A stretch of DNA of 60,742 nt, filler included, from Hausera hauseri (Eukaryota): NCBI GenBank assembly GCA_046269625.1. It is 12 parts of 12 records of this genome, joined end to end, with 100 filler letters (N's around TTAATTAATTAA, not from the genome) between each part and the next. Parts side by side here need not be neighbours in the genome. Positions count along the whole stretch, not along the records: positions 26,400 to 31,977 come from JBJURY010227186.1; positions 32,078 to 36,482 come from JBJURY010597778.1; positions 36,583 to 41,028 come from JBJURY010578005.1; 9 more parts are not named here. One strand, given 5' to 3'. The position numbers were made by a program, and so were the translations under genes. The notes under the pieces are model-generated. The model was not told the DNA's origin. It was given only the letters and a program-made list of their open reading frames with translations, and did not search any database. Positions 26,300 to 37,133 of this stretch are shown here, in pieces. Numbering within the stretch: the first letter of the stretch is position 1; each line of letters opens with the position of its first letter.

Positions 26300-26577
26300 N
26301 NNNNNNNNNNNNNNNNNNNNNNNNNNNNNNNNNNNNNNNNNNNTTAATTAATTAANNNNNNNNNNNNNNNNNNNNNNNNNNNNNNNNNNNNNNNNNNNNT
26401 ATTGTTTTCGATCGCACCAACACACGCTTCCCGACCGACCAGTGTTACTATTGTATTTATAGCTCGACTACACATCACAAACCACACAACAACCCCCGAC
26501 CGACCATGTACATCGGGCCATTTATCGAACATTAAGTGTTAGTTAGTGTTTCATTGGCTCGATTTATAAGAGACGAC

Positions 26578-26994
26578 ATGTCTCGTTCGCGTGCCATTCG
26601 TATTTATTCTCCTTTTGGATATCACTCTTTGGGACGCGACGCGAAGCGCGCGGTTGCCGGACAGCATCTTCGCGAATTGGCAAAGAGGCTACACGGTAGC
26701 GACAACGCCAGGGTTTTACTGTCCACGCGTTCCGACGTGATACACCTGTATAATTTCTTCGAGCTTTGTGTGCGTCCCGTAGTACAGCGCGTGCTGTGCG
26801 ACACCGCGAACTGTTACGCTCAGATCGACATCACAGTTTCAGACGTTGCTGGTCTTACGATAGTCGTCGATAATCTGAGTCCCGCTCGTAATCGAGAAGT
26901 CATAAATCTCATCAGAAAGGAGTGGATCTCGTTCTTTGCGGACAAAGCAAAAAAACGCGTCAAGAAGAGAGTGGACGGAAAAGCTCGCGGATGA
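26578..26994 (+). CDS. Hypothetical viral protein (may continue to 27160 across an A7 run)
   Basis: ATG at 26578 preceded by TTATAAG. ORF 26936-27160 overlaps the end. Confidence 0.55.
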   Translation: MSRSRAIRIYSPFGYHSLGRDAKRAVAGQHLRELAKRLHGSDNARVLLSTRSDVIHLYNFFELCVRPVVQRVLCDTANCYAQIDITVSDVAGLTIVVDNLSPARNREVINLIRKEWISFFADKAKKRVKKRVDGKARG

Positions 26995-27460
26995 AAAGAC
27001 ATTCGGCGTTTGGAGATGCTCGGGTCCGATTCTAAAGTATAGTTTGAATACACCCAAGTGGTCAGTCGAACCAGCGTCGTCCGACGAGTTTGTTCTCCGT
27101 TGGACGCGAAGATGGTATGTCGGGCGAATGACCCGAAGGTCAACCGCTTCGGTTGTATAACGCAACCACGTAAAACCAACAAACACGATCCCGTTGTCGT
27201 GTATTAGACACGATAGCGTTATAAATGCTTTGTAAAACGTGTGTGTACCCTTCTCGTTTGTGGTTTTCTTTTAAATACTAATCGTACACCGAGTCGTAAG
27301 AGCATATTAATCACCCGTAAATAATCTTCGTGTTAACCGACCGCGCGAGTTATCCCGACCCACACCCCGGGGTGTGAATAAATATAACCGAGTTGAACAG
27401 ACAACACTATTACGGCATTTGTATCCCGTATAGTATATTACCCAGCGAAACAACGCCGCG

Positions 27461-28108
27461 ATGTTTGAAACGACAGAGGAGCGCGAAGGGTATTCTTTGA
27501 AATACCGTTTCCTACGCGATCGGAACACCAACGACACACAATGGGTGTTCCACGTCAACGTGTTAACATACGCTCGGGCGAACGCGCTCGAGACGGAGCT
27601 CACCGCGAGCTGTTATTATTCCGACCAACGCGACATGCGCTGTAAAGAGGCCATCGTACGAGCCGCGCTCGCCGACCCGGACGTGCAAAACTCGACCGGA
27701 TCGATTATGCAAGATATCAAGTGTATGACCGGGGAGTTGGTGCTTGTGTACAATCAGCTTCTGGAGGAGCTCTACCCCGGGGTCCTCGAACAGGCGATGA
27801 TGGCTAACGACGACCGCCTGTGGTTCTTTCGCACGACCACATCGACTTTGAAGGACGATACGACTCGAGTGGAACAATTGAGTTACGCATTTGATGACGA
27901 ACAAGGGAACGTTGTCAGTATAATCACGAGGTGGTCGAATGGTTTTCATCAACAAGCAATAGACCGCGCGAAGATAATTAACGCGAACATTTCTTTCGCG
28001 CTCAATCAGCTCGCCCAGGTGTACACGAGTTATTATCGTTCACGGCGCGCATTGGACAACGTGATTGATATGTTTACTCACATGACAATCCCAAACCGGT
28101 GCCAGTAA
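27461..28108 (+). CDS. Hypothetical viral protein
   Basis: 215 aa, good start context, AATAAA overlapping the stop. Confidence 0.75.
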   Translation: MFETTEEREGYSLKYRFLRDRNTNDTQWVFHVNVLTYARANALETELTASCYYSDQRDMRCKEAIVRAALADPDVQNSTGSIMQDIKCMTGELVLVYNQLLEELYPGVLEQAMMANDDRLWFFRTTTSTLKDDTTRVEQLSYAFDDEQGNVVSIITRWSNGFHQQAIDRAKIINANISFALNQLAQVYTSYYRSRRALDNVIDMFTHMTIPNRCQ

Positions 28109-28236
28109 TAAACAAAACCTATGTTTCTGTCATACGTTGTTTATTGTTGTATGAGAAATAAAAACAGTTTTATAAAAAAAAACAAATCAGTGTATTTCTT
28201 GTCTTTATTACACATTTATATTTGTTTATGATCACA

Positions 28237-28788
28237 TCAGTCACGACGCGTCCTCTGATCCTCGCCGCCGTCCTCCTCCGCGATCGCCACGATTTCAGCC
28301 ATCAATTTAAAGACGCGGTCGATCAAATCGTTTCTGTATTTGAACGCGTTTTTCGTCGCGCCCTCGTCCGCGAACGTTCCGTAGTTGAACGCCTCCTCCA
28401 CTTCCTGTTGGTATACAAGGTGGCGTTTACAGCACTTCAACAGCGGGCTACACACGAACATCGTCTTCGTCTCGGTCGGCTCCCGTAAACGCGCCATATA
28501 AAATTTAACGTCCCACACTTTAAATTCATCGTCCGCGTACTCCCTGTACGCTAAGTCGAAGTCGGGACACTCGACGGATGCAGCGTAGTTGTATATGTCG
28601 GCGATATTCACAGCCCGGTCTTTTATAATCTTCACATGCCGCTTAATCTTAGAATACCACGGCGTATCTACCTCCAGCAGCTCTTCCCCTTCCTTTGCAC
28701 GAATTTTGACCCTATTCGTGTTGTACACGGTCGCGATCACGGCAAACCTCCAGTCGGCACGCGCCTCCGTCTCGTTGTCGTACGACAT
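28237..28788 (-). CDS. Hypothetical viral protein
   Basis: 183 aa, TATAAA about 35 nt upstream, AATAAA downstream, convergent with 27461-28108. Confidence 0.75.
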   Translation of the reverse strand: MSYDNETEARADWRFAVIATVYNTNRVKIRAKEGEELLEVDTPWYSKIKRHVKIIKDRAVNIADIYNYAASVECPDFDLAYREYADDEFKVWDVKFYMARLREPTETKTMFVCSPLLKCCKRHLVYQQEVEEAFNYGTFADEGATKNAFKYRNDLIDRVFKLMAEIVAIAEEDGGEDQRTRRD

Positions 28789-28828
28789 GTTTTGCTTTTT
28801 TTTTTCTCGGATTACGTCCGTTTATATA

Positions 28829-28903
28829 GTCTACCGCTAATAATCCCCGACCGACAGGCGTTAGCGTGTCTACCGCTAATAAACCCCAACCGACCGGCGT
28901 TAG
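28829..28903 (+). repeat. 36-nt direct repeat x2 in a divergent promoter
   Basis: GTCTACCGCTAATAA(T/A)CCCC..CCGAC.GGCGTTAG at 28829 and 28868. Confidence 0.9.
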
Positions 28904-29026
28904 GGAATCTCCGACCGCGGACTCGCCTACACAACGTAATAAACTAGTCAAGTATTAAAGGTTCCGTGCGTTCGTGTTTTTTTTTTGTAACGACACGTGT
29001 GTGTTTTTCGTCGGCTTTCGGCGAAA

Positions 29027-29746
29027 ATGCTCTTGGTCGCAGCCTCAGTCGAATTTGCGGTCGTTTGTTGCGTGGCTCTACCAACGCCGGCTCCCGTGGT
29101 TCCGCAAACCACCGCCGCAACAATCTTCGCGACTCGAGAGTATGACGAGGCAGACAACAAACAGCTGACATCTACACCGGATCATACGATTGGCGATTTG
29201 TTAGATCGGTTAAATGTAACAACCGATCCGTTTACGCAAAGTTCGACTAACAAGCTCTACGATGACCAGATATCGTCAGATTCGGGTGGTCTCGCGGAAC
29301 CCGTAACAAAATTGACGATTAGGTGTCCGGATGAAAAAAAAGCAAGATTTGATGGTTTCACGTGGCTCTCACGCGACGAACCGAGTTACCGTTTGTATTA
29401 TATCAACCGACGGGGTACAGTGGTCCGCTACAGGAGCAGCGCCTCGCATCACGACAAGCTGAAAAACACATACGGTCTCACGCTCGCCGTAGACAACGCG
29501 TCGGCTCTTAATATAATAGGGAATAACTGTAATTACACGGGTTCATACGCGTGTCTAATGTACAACCCCACTAGACGCGAAACGTACACTTTTTATGTTA
29601 CAAACTGTACGGTCAAACCGACAACGACGCACGACGACGGTTTTACACACAATCGTATCGACACTTACGACGTGTTCTTGATTCTCTTTGTCTCGCTTTT
29701 AAGCGTGATCATCTGCTTTACTGCGTATCGCGTGTGTCGCATGTAA
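29027..29746 (+). CDS. Type I membrane glycoprotein with one Ig-like domain
   Basis: Signal peptide, Thr-rich stalk, LTIRC...FTW...ALNI..N.NYTGSYAC, N-glycosylation sequons, TM VFLILFVSLLSVIICFTAY and a very short tail. Confidence 0.8.
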   Translation: MLLVAASVEFAVVCCVALPTPAPVVPQTTAATIFATREYDEADNKQLTSTPDHTIGDLLDRLNVTTDPFTQSSTNKLYDDQISSDSGGLAEPVTKLTIRCPDEKKARFDGFTWLSRDEPSYRLYYINRRGTVVRYRSSASHHDKLKNTYGLTLAVDNASALNIIGNNCNYTGSYACLMYNPTRRETYTFYVTNCTVKPTTTHDDGFTHNRIDTYDVFLILFVSLLSVIICFTAYRVCRM

Positions 29747-30467
29747 TATAAGCTTTTCTGTATAAGAATAATATCATAGTGTCCGCCGTTGTTTTATACT
29801 GCAGTATTTATACACGCGGTTTACGCGAACCGTGGTCGCACCCAACACGAAACGGATCGGCTACTTTTGGTTCGTGGTTGCCATTAACAACCAAACCTAC
29901 GCCAGCGAACACAGTTGCCGCCGCTCGCCGACGAACCTTACTTACGCTATCCATGTTATCGAGTACGTGGACTCTGATGTTTACACGGAAAGAAACGTTT
30001 TGTGCAGATCACACATAACAGGCGAAAGCGAGGACGGTGTGTACGATCGGTTGCGTACGCTGCGTTTCCGAGTCTAATTCCGTTTCTGGGTGTTTAAATT
30101 CGAGCCGCCGTAAAGTGTACCACGCGTGAACCCAGAGACGAGATTTTGTCGTATAAGGTCGAGTCGGTGCCTTTCGACCATCCAAAACACACACACGCTA
30201 AAGCGAGACTATTGTGGACAATATTATAAAAGGATAGGTTACACGGACGCGTACATTACGCGAAATTCTCGATATGTACGATCATGAATTCCGTAACCAT
30301 ACGATTATTGATGGAAAATAAAACAAATGTGAACGAACCACTATTGTATCTCGTTTTTTTCCCCTATACCTATCACTCGTGACCGCAACATGTAAAGAAA
30401 AATAAGACAATAGACTTATTAGAAGGTGTTTATTTGTGATCAATTATTGTAATTGAACACCACACTT

Positions 30468-31114
30468 TTAACAAACAAACACGACCATTAGGGTTAACGC
30501 CGTTACGACAACGGCAGAGTAAACCTCGGTGTTCCCGTTAGANNNNNNNNNNCGCGGAACTCATGTTCTTCGTTCCGCTGGCCCACGACGGCAGACCTGT
30601 AACACGCGTAGTATCCGTCGTGGTTACAGTTTCTGACGCGAATAACGAGAGACTTGTTTCTCGAGACGCTGTATCCTACGTTGTTTTTACTCTGCATTAT
30701 ATGTGCGTCCTGGTACACAGACACGACTCCGTTCGCGTCGACTCGGTACAACCCGGATTGCGTTTTCTGCAATACGCAGCACGACCCGGAGTGCGGTCTC
30801 CAGGGTGTACCCACATACCACGTGGTGGCACTGAAACGCTCGGGGTTGTGGTCGGGACAGTCTAATACCAGCGAGCCGACGTCCGGATCTGGACGGTTGG
30901 TTGTCCGACCCGTCGATACGTCCAACGTCGGCGACACCTTCGCGGGGACCCGCCGATCGGTGTAGATACCAGGTTGTCCGTATCCGTCCGCTAGTGAGAT
31001 GCTCGAATCGCGTTCGGGGTGCGGGGTCGTTGGCAGCACGAGTCCGCAATGAAGCGATGATAATGTCCAACATCCCAGCAGTAACCAACACAGCGTTGTC
31101 TCACGCGAGACCAT
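30468..31114 (-). CDS. Paralogous Ig-like glycoprotein with a hydrophobic C-terminus (contains a 10-N gap)
   Basis: Signal peptide and LVLDCPD...TTW...LYRV...SLVIRVRNCNHDGYYAC. After the gap another frame reads SNGNTEVYSAVVVTALTLMVVFVC*. Confidence 0.75.
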
Positions 31115-31627
31115 GTTGTCGCGTTCACCGAGATGTGTCTCGTTTACGGTTAAAAATGGGCTATATATATATATATATCGCAGCACATCTGACTGACGTT
31201 AAGCGCACCGACCGATCACGCACTTTTTATATCGCCCGACCGTGCAGCTTTTACCGGTTCCGACTAGGGGCCGAATGTATGAATTCAATAAAATACATCG
31301 ATCCAATCGTTTCTTTTTCTGTTTATTTATTTGTGTTTAAATGTATAACAGATCCCTCAAAGGGGACGCGTAGATGATGAGTTGTTATTGTGATAAACGT
31401 CGTGTACAGCCGCCTCGAGGAAATAAAAAAAAACCACGTTCGTCATGTCCAGTAACTTACCATTTGGGAGGACAGGGGTTGTTATTACCAATTGCGTTTT
31501 GCACAAATGACTCAAAAATAAACCCGTTCGTTGAAAAGTTAATGTGACTCTCACCGGATGCAGCACGCGACATTTGTGTACGAACACAGGCCTTAATAAA
31601 TGAAAAAAAAAGCACTAGATTCTTCGT

Positions 31628-31890
31628 AGGGACGCGTAAACAATAGACTTTATATATAAAAAAAATACAACGACGACACGCGTCGCGTAAACAGTAGACC
31701 CATAGCCGGGCGCCGTACGCGACGAAGGACCCGGCGACGCGTAAACGGTAGACCCATAGCCGGGCGCCGTACGCGACCACCGCGGGGACGCGTAAACAAA
31801 CAGGGCGCCACACGCGACGACCGCGGGGACGCGTAAACAATAGACTTTAAATAAAAACACAACGATGACACCCTTCGCGTAAACGGACCC
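31628..31890 (+). repeat. Direct-repeat array with six CGCGTAAAC cores
   Basis: Cores at 31633, 31684, 31738, 31789, 31830 and 31876. Confidence 0.92.
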
Positions 31891-32150
31891 TCGGCGCACC
31901 GGCGTACGTTCGGTTTTACATTTTTTTTTTGTTCCGACAGCGTGGACAGATTTTTTTTTTTTTTTTTCCCTCGACGANNNNNNNNNNNNNNNNNNNNNNN
32001 NNNNNNNNNNNNNNNNNNNNNTTAATTAATTAANNNNNNNNNNNNNNNNNNNNNNNNNNNNNNNNNNNNNNNNNNNNTCCTAAAACAAAGTATTGTTTGA
32101 AACTTGAACCAATTCTCTGTTTGCTGGTGGAATAACCCGATCTGTAGTTA

Positions 32151-33563
32151 TCAGGTTATTCCATCATTGATTCCATCTTGTGGTATCATCACCCTTAGTT
32201 CCCTCTCGGTGATTTTATGACGCTTAATACAACAGTTTTTGGCAATCAATCGACAAAACGCAATTAAGATTATGAGAGCAAATACTGACGTTCCAATAAT
32301 CGATGTTTATGACAACACTGTCCATTTAGTTAAATCTTCCATTTTGGCGGTAGTCGTAGTCTCATCTTCTGTTTTATCGGCGGTCAGTGGTTTTGTTACG
32401 ACAATCTCGTTCTAGGTTCGTATTGTGAACACTCTACCTTGTTTGTTCTCTGCACCCAATTCTATTATATAATCTGTTCTGGGTTTCAATCCGATACATT
32501 TGATTCCGTAACTGCCTTTTGGCAGTGTTACCTTCTGATTATCGTGTTATGTTCGGCAGCTTATTTCTACGTCGTATTTGAGTGTTTCCTCCACAATGAA
32601 CGTTATTTCGCATTCTTGTACCTGATATTTACAAGGATTATTTCTGGATCTTTGTGAGATAATTTGTTCGTTGTAGTGGTTTTGATGATTGCAGGAGTAG
32701 TAGACTTTGTTTTCGTATTTGTTGTCGTATCAAATGAATTCGACTTGATTGGATTTCTGAGTCGGTAGCTTCCTAAATAAATACTCGACTGGTTTGATCT
32801 GACTTCATATAAGTCTAACTGAATTCTATATTTATATTTCTGGGGTAACTTGCAACATTTCTTCGGTTGCTCCCCATTGATTTGGCAGTACTGTTGGCTG
32901 TAAGCTTGTATGTTTTCTTTCAGGAACCGGACTGAGATTACTCGACCGTTAATTCATTGTCCTTTTGTGTTTATTTGAACACAATTGTCCTTTGGATTTT
33001 CTATTATACTGGCTATATTTTTTAGCATCCGCTTTAGTGGGTCGATGGACTGGAGCATTTTGTTGGGTTTTATCCCATGGTGCTTGTTCCAAGCAGGGAT
33101 AACTAATTGAAATTGTGGTTTTATTTCGTAGATTTTAGAGTTTCGGTGAATGCAGTCGATAGGTAAGGTTATAGGTATGTCTGAAATCCATATTGCAACA
33201 TTGCGTTTGCTCTCCCGGCTCGAAATCACAATTTCTTGTTTCTTTTGTCATTATATGATCTAGGACAATTTGAAATATTCCAAAATTGTGGTGCGGTTTC
33301 TGTATTGTAAATCCAACGCATGTGGAGTTCGGCGAGTAATAATAAATTGTAACTGATTGTAACGACGTAATATTTTCTAGTCTTTTGATTTGTTCTATTG
33401 TCGCTATCTTTTCCATTTTATTAACCTCTGGTTTTGGTTCAATTTTCCATGCTCCGTATCCGTCGTGCCACTCTCTAGTTTTTGCTGTCGGCATGCAAGA
33501 AGCAATTAGCGATAAGGCTAAAACTATCAGCGCGTATAATATTGGCCTGGAGACAATTGACAA
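32151..33563 (-). pseudogene. Env-position FN3-like type I membrane protein, copy A
   Basis: Signal-like ILYALIVLALSLIASC, Cys-paired beta domains, GLKPRTDYIIELGAENKQG (FN3 signature), Thr-rich stalk, TM SIIGTSVFALIILIAFC and a KNCC tail. Confidence 0.85.
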
Positions 33564-36482
33564 ATCTTGTTTTCTCGTGATCTTAGATGGTAATGTTTAG
33601 CTGGTCTTATATCCGTTTTGACTACTCTTTGGACTGATACGACTTCCTCTTTTCCGTTTTTATTGACATAAACCGTAGTTGGTTTTGTACGAATGATTTC
33701 ATATGGTCCTCTTCCGGTACGTGTTAATCTTAAGGATGTACCTTTCTTCGCAACTGGGTAATGTATATAAACCCAATTTCCTTTTTTCAGATCATGAGGC
33801 TTAGTCTTTTTATCATATTGTTTTTCAAATTGTTCCCGGTGTTCGAGTGATAAGATTTTCGCAACTTCCCAACACTTTTGTAATCTTGTCTGTAAAACTT
33901 TCGCAAAGTTTTGCTCTAAATCTTCGAGATTCTTTTCGTACGGTGTCATATCTAGATTTGTCGGTAAGATTGCCTATCCTCCATACATCATAAAGAACGG
34001 TATAAATCCCGTTGCTGGATGTGGAGTAGTACTAATTGCGAACTGTGTTCCTTCTAGGAATTCGTCCCAATCTTTTTGGTCTTTTGCCACTACTGTTCAT
34101 AGTATGCGAATGACTGTTGCGTTCATCCGTTCAACCATTCCATTACATTGGGGATGATACGAGATTGTAGTTAAACGTTTGATTTCGAATATTTTTGTAA
34201 TTTTTTCAAATAATTCGCTTGTAAAGTTCCTTCCTCTGTCTGTTAGGACCTGTTCCGGTGGTCCGTATCTACAGATAATTTTTCTTACTACTGCATCGGC
34301 TAGTGTTTCCGCTTTTTGATCCAATAATGCTACCAGTTCGACAAAATGTGTCAATGGATCCGCGCATGTTATAATATATCTGTTGTTTTTGTGAGGTTTA
34401 GGTAAAGGTCCTACTATATCCATAGACATGGCCTGCATAAGTATATCTGGTACGTTTATTGGTTTTAGTTCTGCTACGTAGCCTTTCGTCTTCTTTTGTT
34501 TCGTTGCCCAAACTTCGCACGCTCCTACCCAATTCTTTACGTCAATATAGATACTTGGTCAGTAGTATTTATTCAATATTCTTTGCAATGTCTTCTTCCA
34601 AGACATATGTCCGGTTAAATACGAATCATGTTCGGCCATGAGTACCTCGGTGCGCAATTCTTTCGGAATAACTATTAATCTTCGTCCCTTTCGTTCATAA
34701 TACAGGATATTATCCTGGTTTGACGCGTGATATTTATGTCCGTTTTTCTGCAGGTGCCTTTTCAGTTGTCATCCTTTGGTCATTTCGCCGTTTTGTGCGA
34801 AATTAACAATTTGCTAAATAACTTTATCTTTGGCTTGCTGGGCTGTAATTTTAATTGTCTTATCCATTATTAGAGTTCGTTGTCGTTCGATCAGTTGTTC
34901 AAGTTGTGGCAATTTTGCTATAGTAATTGCGCTCGTTTTTGTCTTAAGCCTTTATAATGCGTCTTCGCCGACATGTTTATTTCCAGGTTTGTATTGGAAT
35001 TCAATGTTATATCGTGAGATTTCCTCAATCCAACGGTTTAATCTACATGTTGGATTATTAGCTCGTCCCTTCAATGTCGTGACTGCTTTGTGGTCGGTCA
35101 CTATTATAATCCTTTGCCCGCAGACATAGACATTAAAGTGTCGTAGTGCTTCCTTTACGGCTAACGTTTCTAATTCTGTAACAGAATAGTTTCCTCGGCC
35201 TTTTTAAGGAACGTCCACCATAAGCAATCGTGTGCTCTAATTCTTCATCTTCTCTTTTCTGCGCTAATTCGTATCCAATGCCTTCTTTGCTGGCATCTGT
35301 CTTGATTATGAAGGGTAAGTTAAAACCTGGATATCGTAAAACGGGTTCACTTGTTAATATCTTCTTCATCTCATCAAAAGCTTTATGTTCAACATCCGTT
35401 CATTTCCATTTAATTCCTTTATTAGGTAAGCGATATAAGGATGATTAATTTTTAAATTATTTGGTACGTAAGTTGCGTAATATCCGAATAATCCTAGCCA
35501 GTGTCTTAACTCTTTTTTATTCTGTGGTTCCATGCAATCTGATATTTTATTCAATAACATTTTATCTGCTTTCGATCCTCCTTCTCCAACTATATGGCCA
35601 AGTTAGGATACTGCATTCTGAGCCCATCTGCATTTCTTCGGATTCAACTTCAATCCGGCTTGTTCCAGTCTCATTAATGTGTGTTTGATATCCTTTAAGT
35701 GTTCCTTTTTGGTCCTTGACGCTATCGTTACGTCGTCTAAGTACGCAAAAGCATGATCCAGACCAATTAGCATTTTATTCATCATTCTCCTAAATGTGGC
35801 TGGTCCAGTAGTAATACCGAACCCCATGACATTAAATTCATAAACATCATCGTGTGTTTTAAATGCCCTCTTATATCGGTCTTCGTCCTCTATTTCCACT
35901 TGCCAATATCCGTATCTTAAGTCCAGAGTGGTAAACCATTTCGCCCTGAGAGTCGGCCTGAAGCCTCTTTGACCGACGGTAGTGGGAAGGAATCCTTCAT
36001 CATAAGACTATTCAAGGCTGCGTAATCAATACAAAATCGATGTTTCGTGGTACCTTTCTTCTTAACCATGAGGATTGGTGAATATCAAGATCTATAGCTG
36101 GGCCTAATTATATCTGCCTTAAGCATTTGTTCGACTTCTTTTGTTATTTCGGGCCTTAATGAATGAGACGGAGGGTACCATTTTGGCATCTTCTAGTCTT
36201 CTAAATCTATTTCCTCGTTTGACCCTGGCTTTTTCTTGAGTGGAATAGTTAGTTTTAATGCTTTCGCTCTACGGATATCTTCTTCGCCCTTAGCGATAAT
36301 CGATTTATATCGGCATAACAATTCGTATAATCGACAATAAGACTGAGGTGAAAACTTAGTTTCGACATGGGGCGAAAATTCGGCATACTTATAAGGCCTT
36401 TCTTCAATCGTTATTGACGATACTCTATACGTGTATCCTAAAGTAGTATAAGCATGGAGCCTGACAGGAGTTTGCGCGTTAT
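33527..36482 (-). mobile_element. Ty3/Gypsy pol (RT-RNase H-integrase), decayed, copy A
   Basis: FCIDY, GYWQV, YLDD, KTDASKEGIG, TDH, SMDIVGP, TDRGRNF, NGMVER and GPY in Gypsy order. Confidence 0.97.
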
Positions 36483-37133
36483 NNNNNNNNNNNNNNNNNN
36501 NNNNNNNNNNNNNNNNNNNNNNNNNNTTAATTAATTAANNNNNNNNNNNNNNNNNNNNNNNNNNNNNNNNNNNNNNNNNNNNTCATAAACGTTTGTAATT
36601 TTTCCACTATATTGGATGATAAAAACATCTACTGATAAAGTAACAAACTTATTCATATTATCTTTCAAATGAAAATATAATATCCTTGCCCAAATAATTC
36701 TTACAGTAAAATACGACACTTCATGATTTAATAGAGGATCTTCTTGATTTATCATCCTTTTATTTTCAGATCTTTTATTTATTTGAAGTTTATTTTACGG
36801 ATAACCCCGTCCATCTGACAGTTGGTTACTTTTTGTAATTTTAATCTCTTCAACTATCTGTTGTAATATTATTATTGGTCTGGCGCGATATAAATATGAT
36901 AAGGCATTCGAAAAGATATTAAATCTAATACTTTGTGCAATTAATTTTGTGGACGAGCTTTTGAAGGAGGATAAGTTTAATTTTACGTTTTTTTTAATAT
37001 GGTTTAAAACATTAATATAAACTTTACCTAATTTGCCCCAATAAGTTTTAACGCCGTAATTGTCAAGGAAAAACCCAAGACGGGAAGCGGAGACGGTTAA
37101 CAGCGGCATATATGGCAATACAGAATGACTGAC

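Larger units (their letters stand above)
26400..31977. other. Fragment of a probable large dsDNA animal virus
   Basis: GC/CpG clearly higher than neighbouring segments; compact intact ORFs on both strands with TATA and AATAAA signals; two Ig-fold glycoproteins; a direct-repeat array. No core viral gene in the fragment. Confidence 0.6.

Noticed and set aside
31628-31890. CRISPR-like array
   Set aside because: The constant core is only 9-18 nt, spacers duplicate each other, there are no cas genes, and the context is eukaryotic.
32078-36482. Segments 7 and 9 start and end at almost homologous positions, suggesting element boundaries
   Set aside because: No LTR or TSD at either end and the cuts fall within coding sequence. 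This is more likely an extraction or assembly effect.
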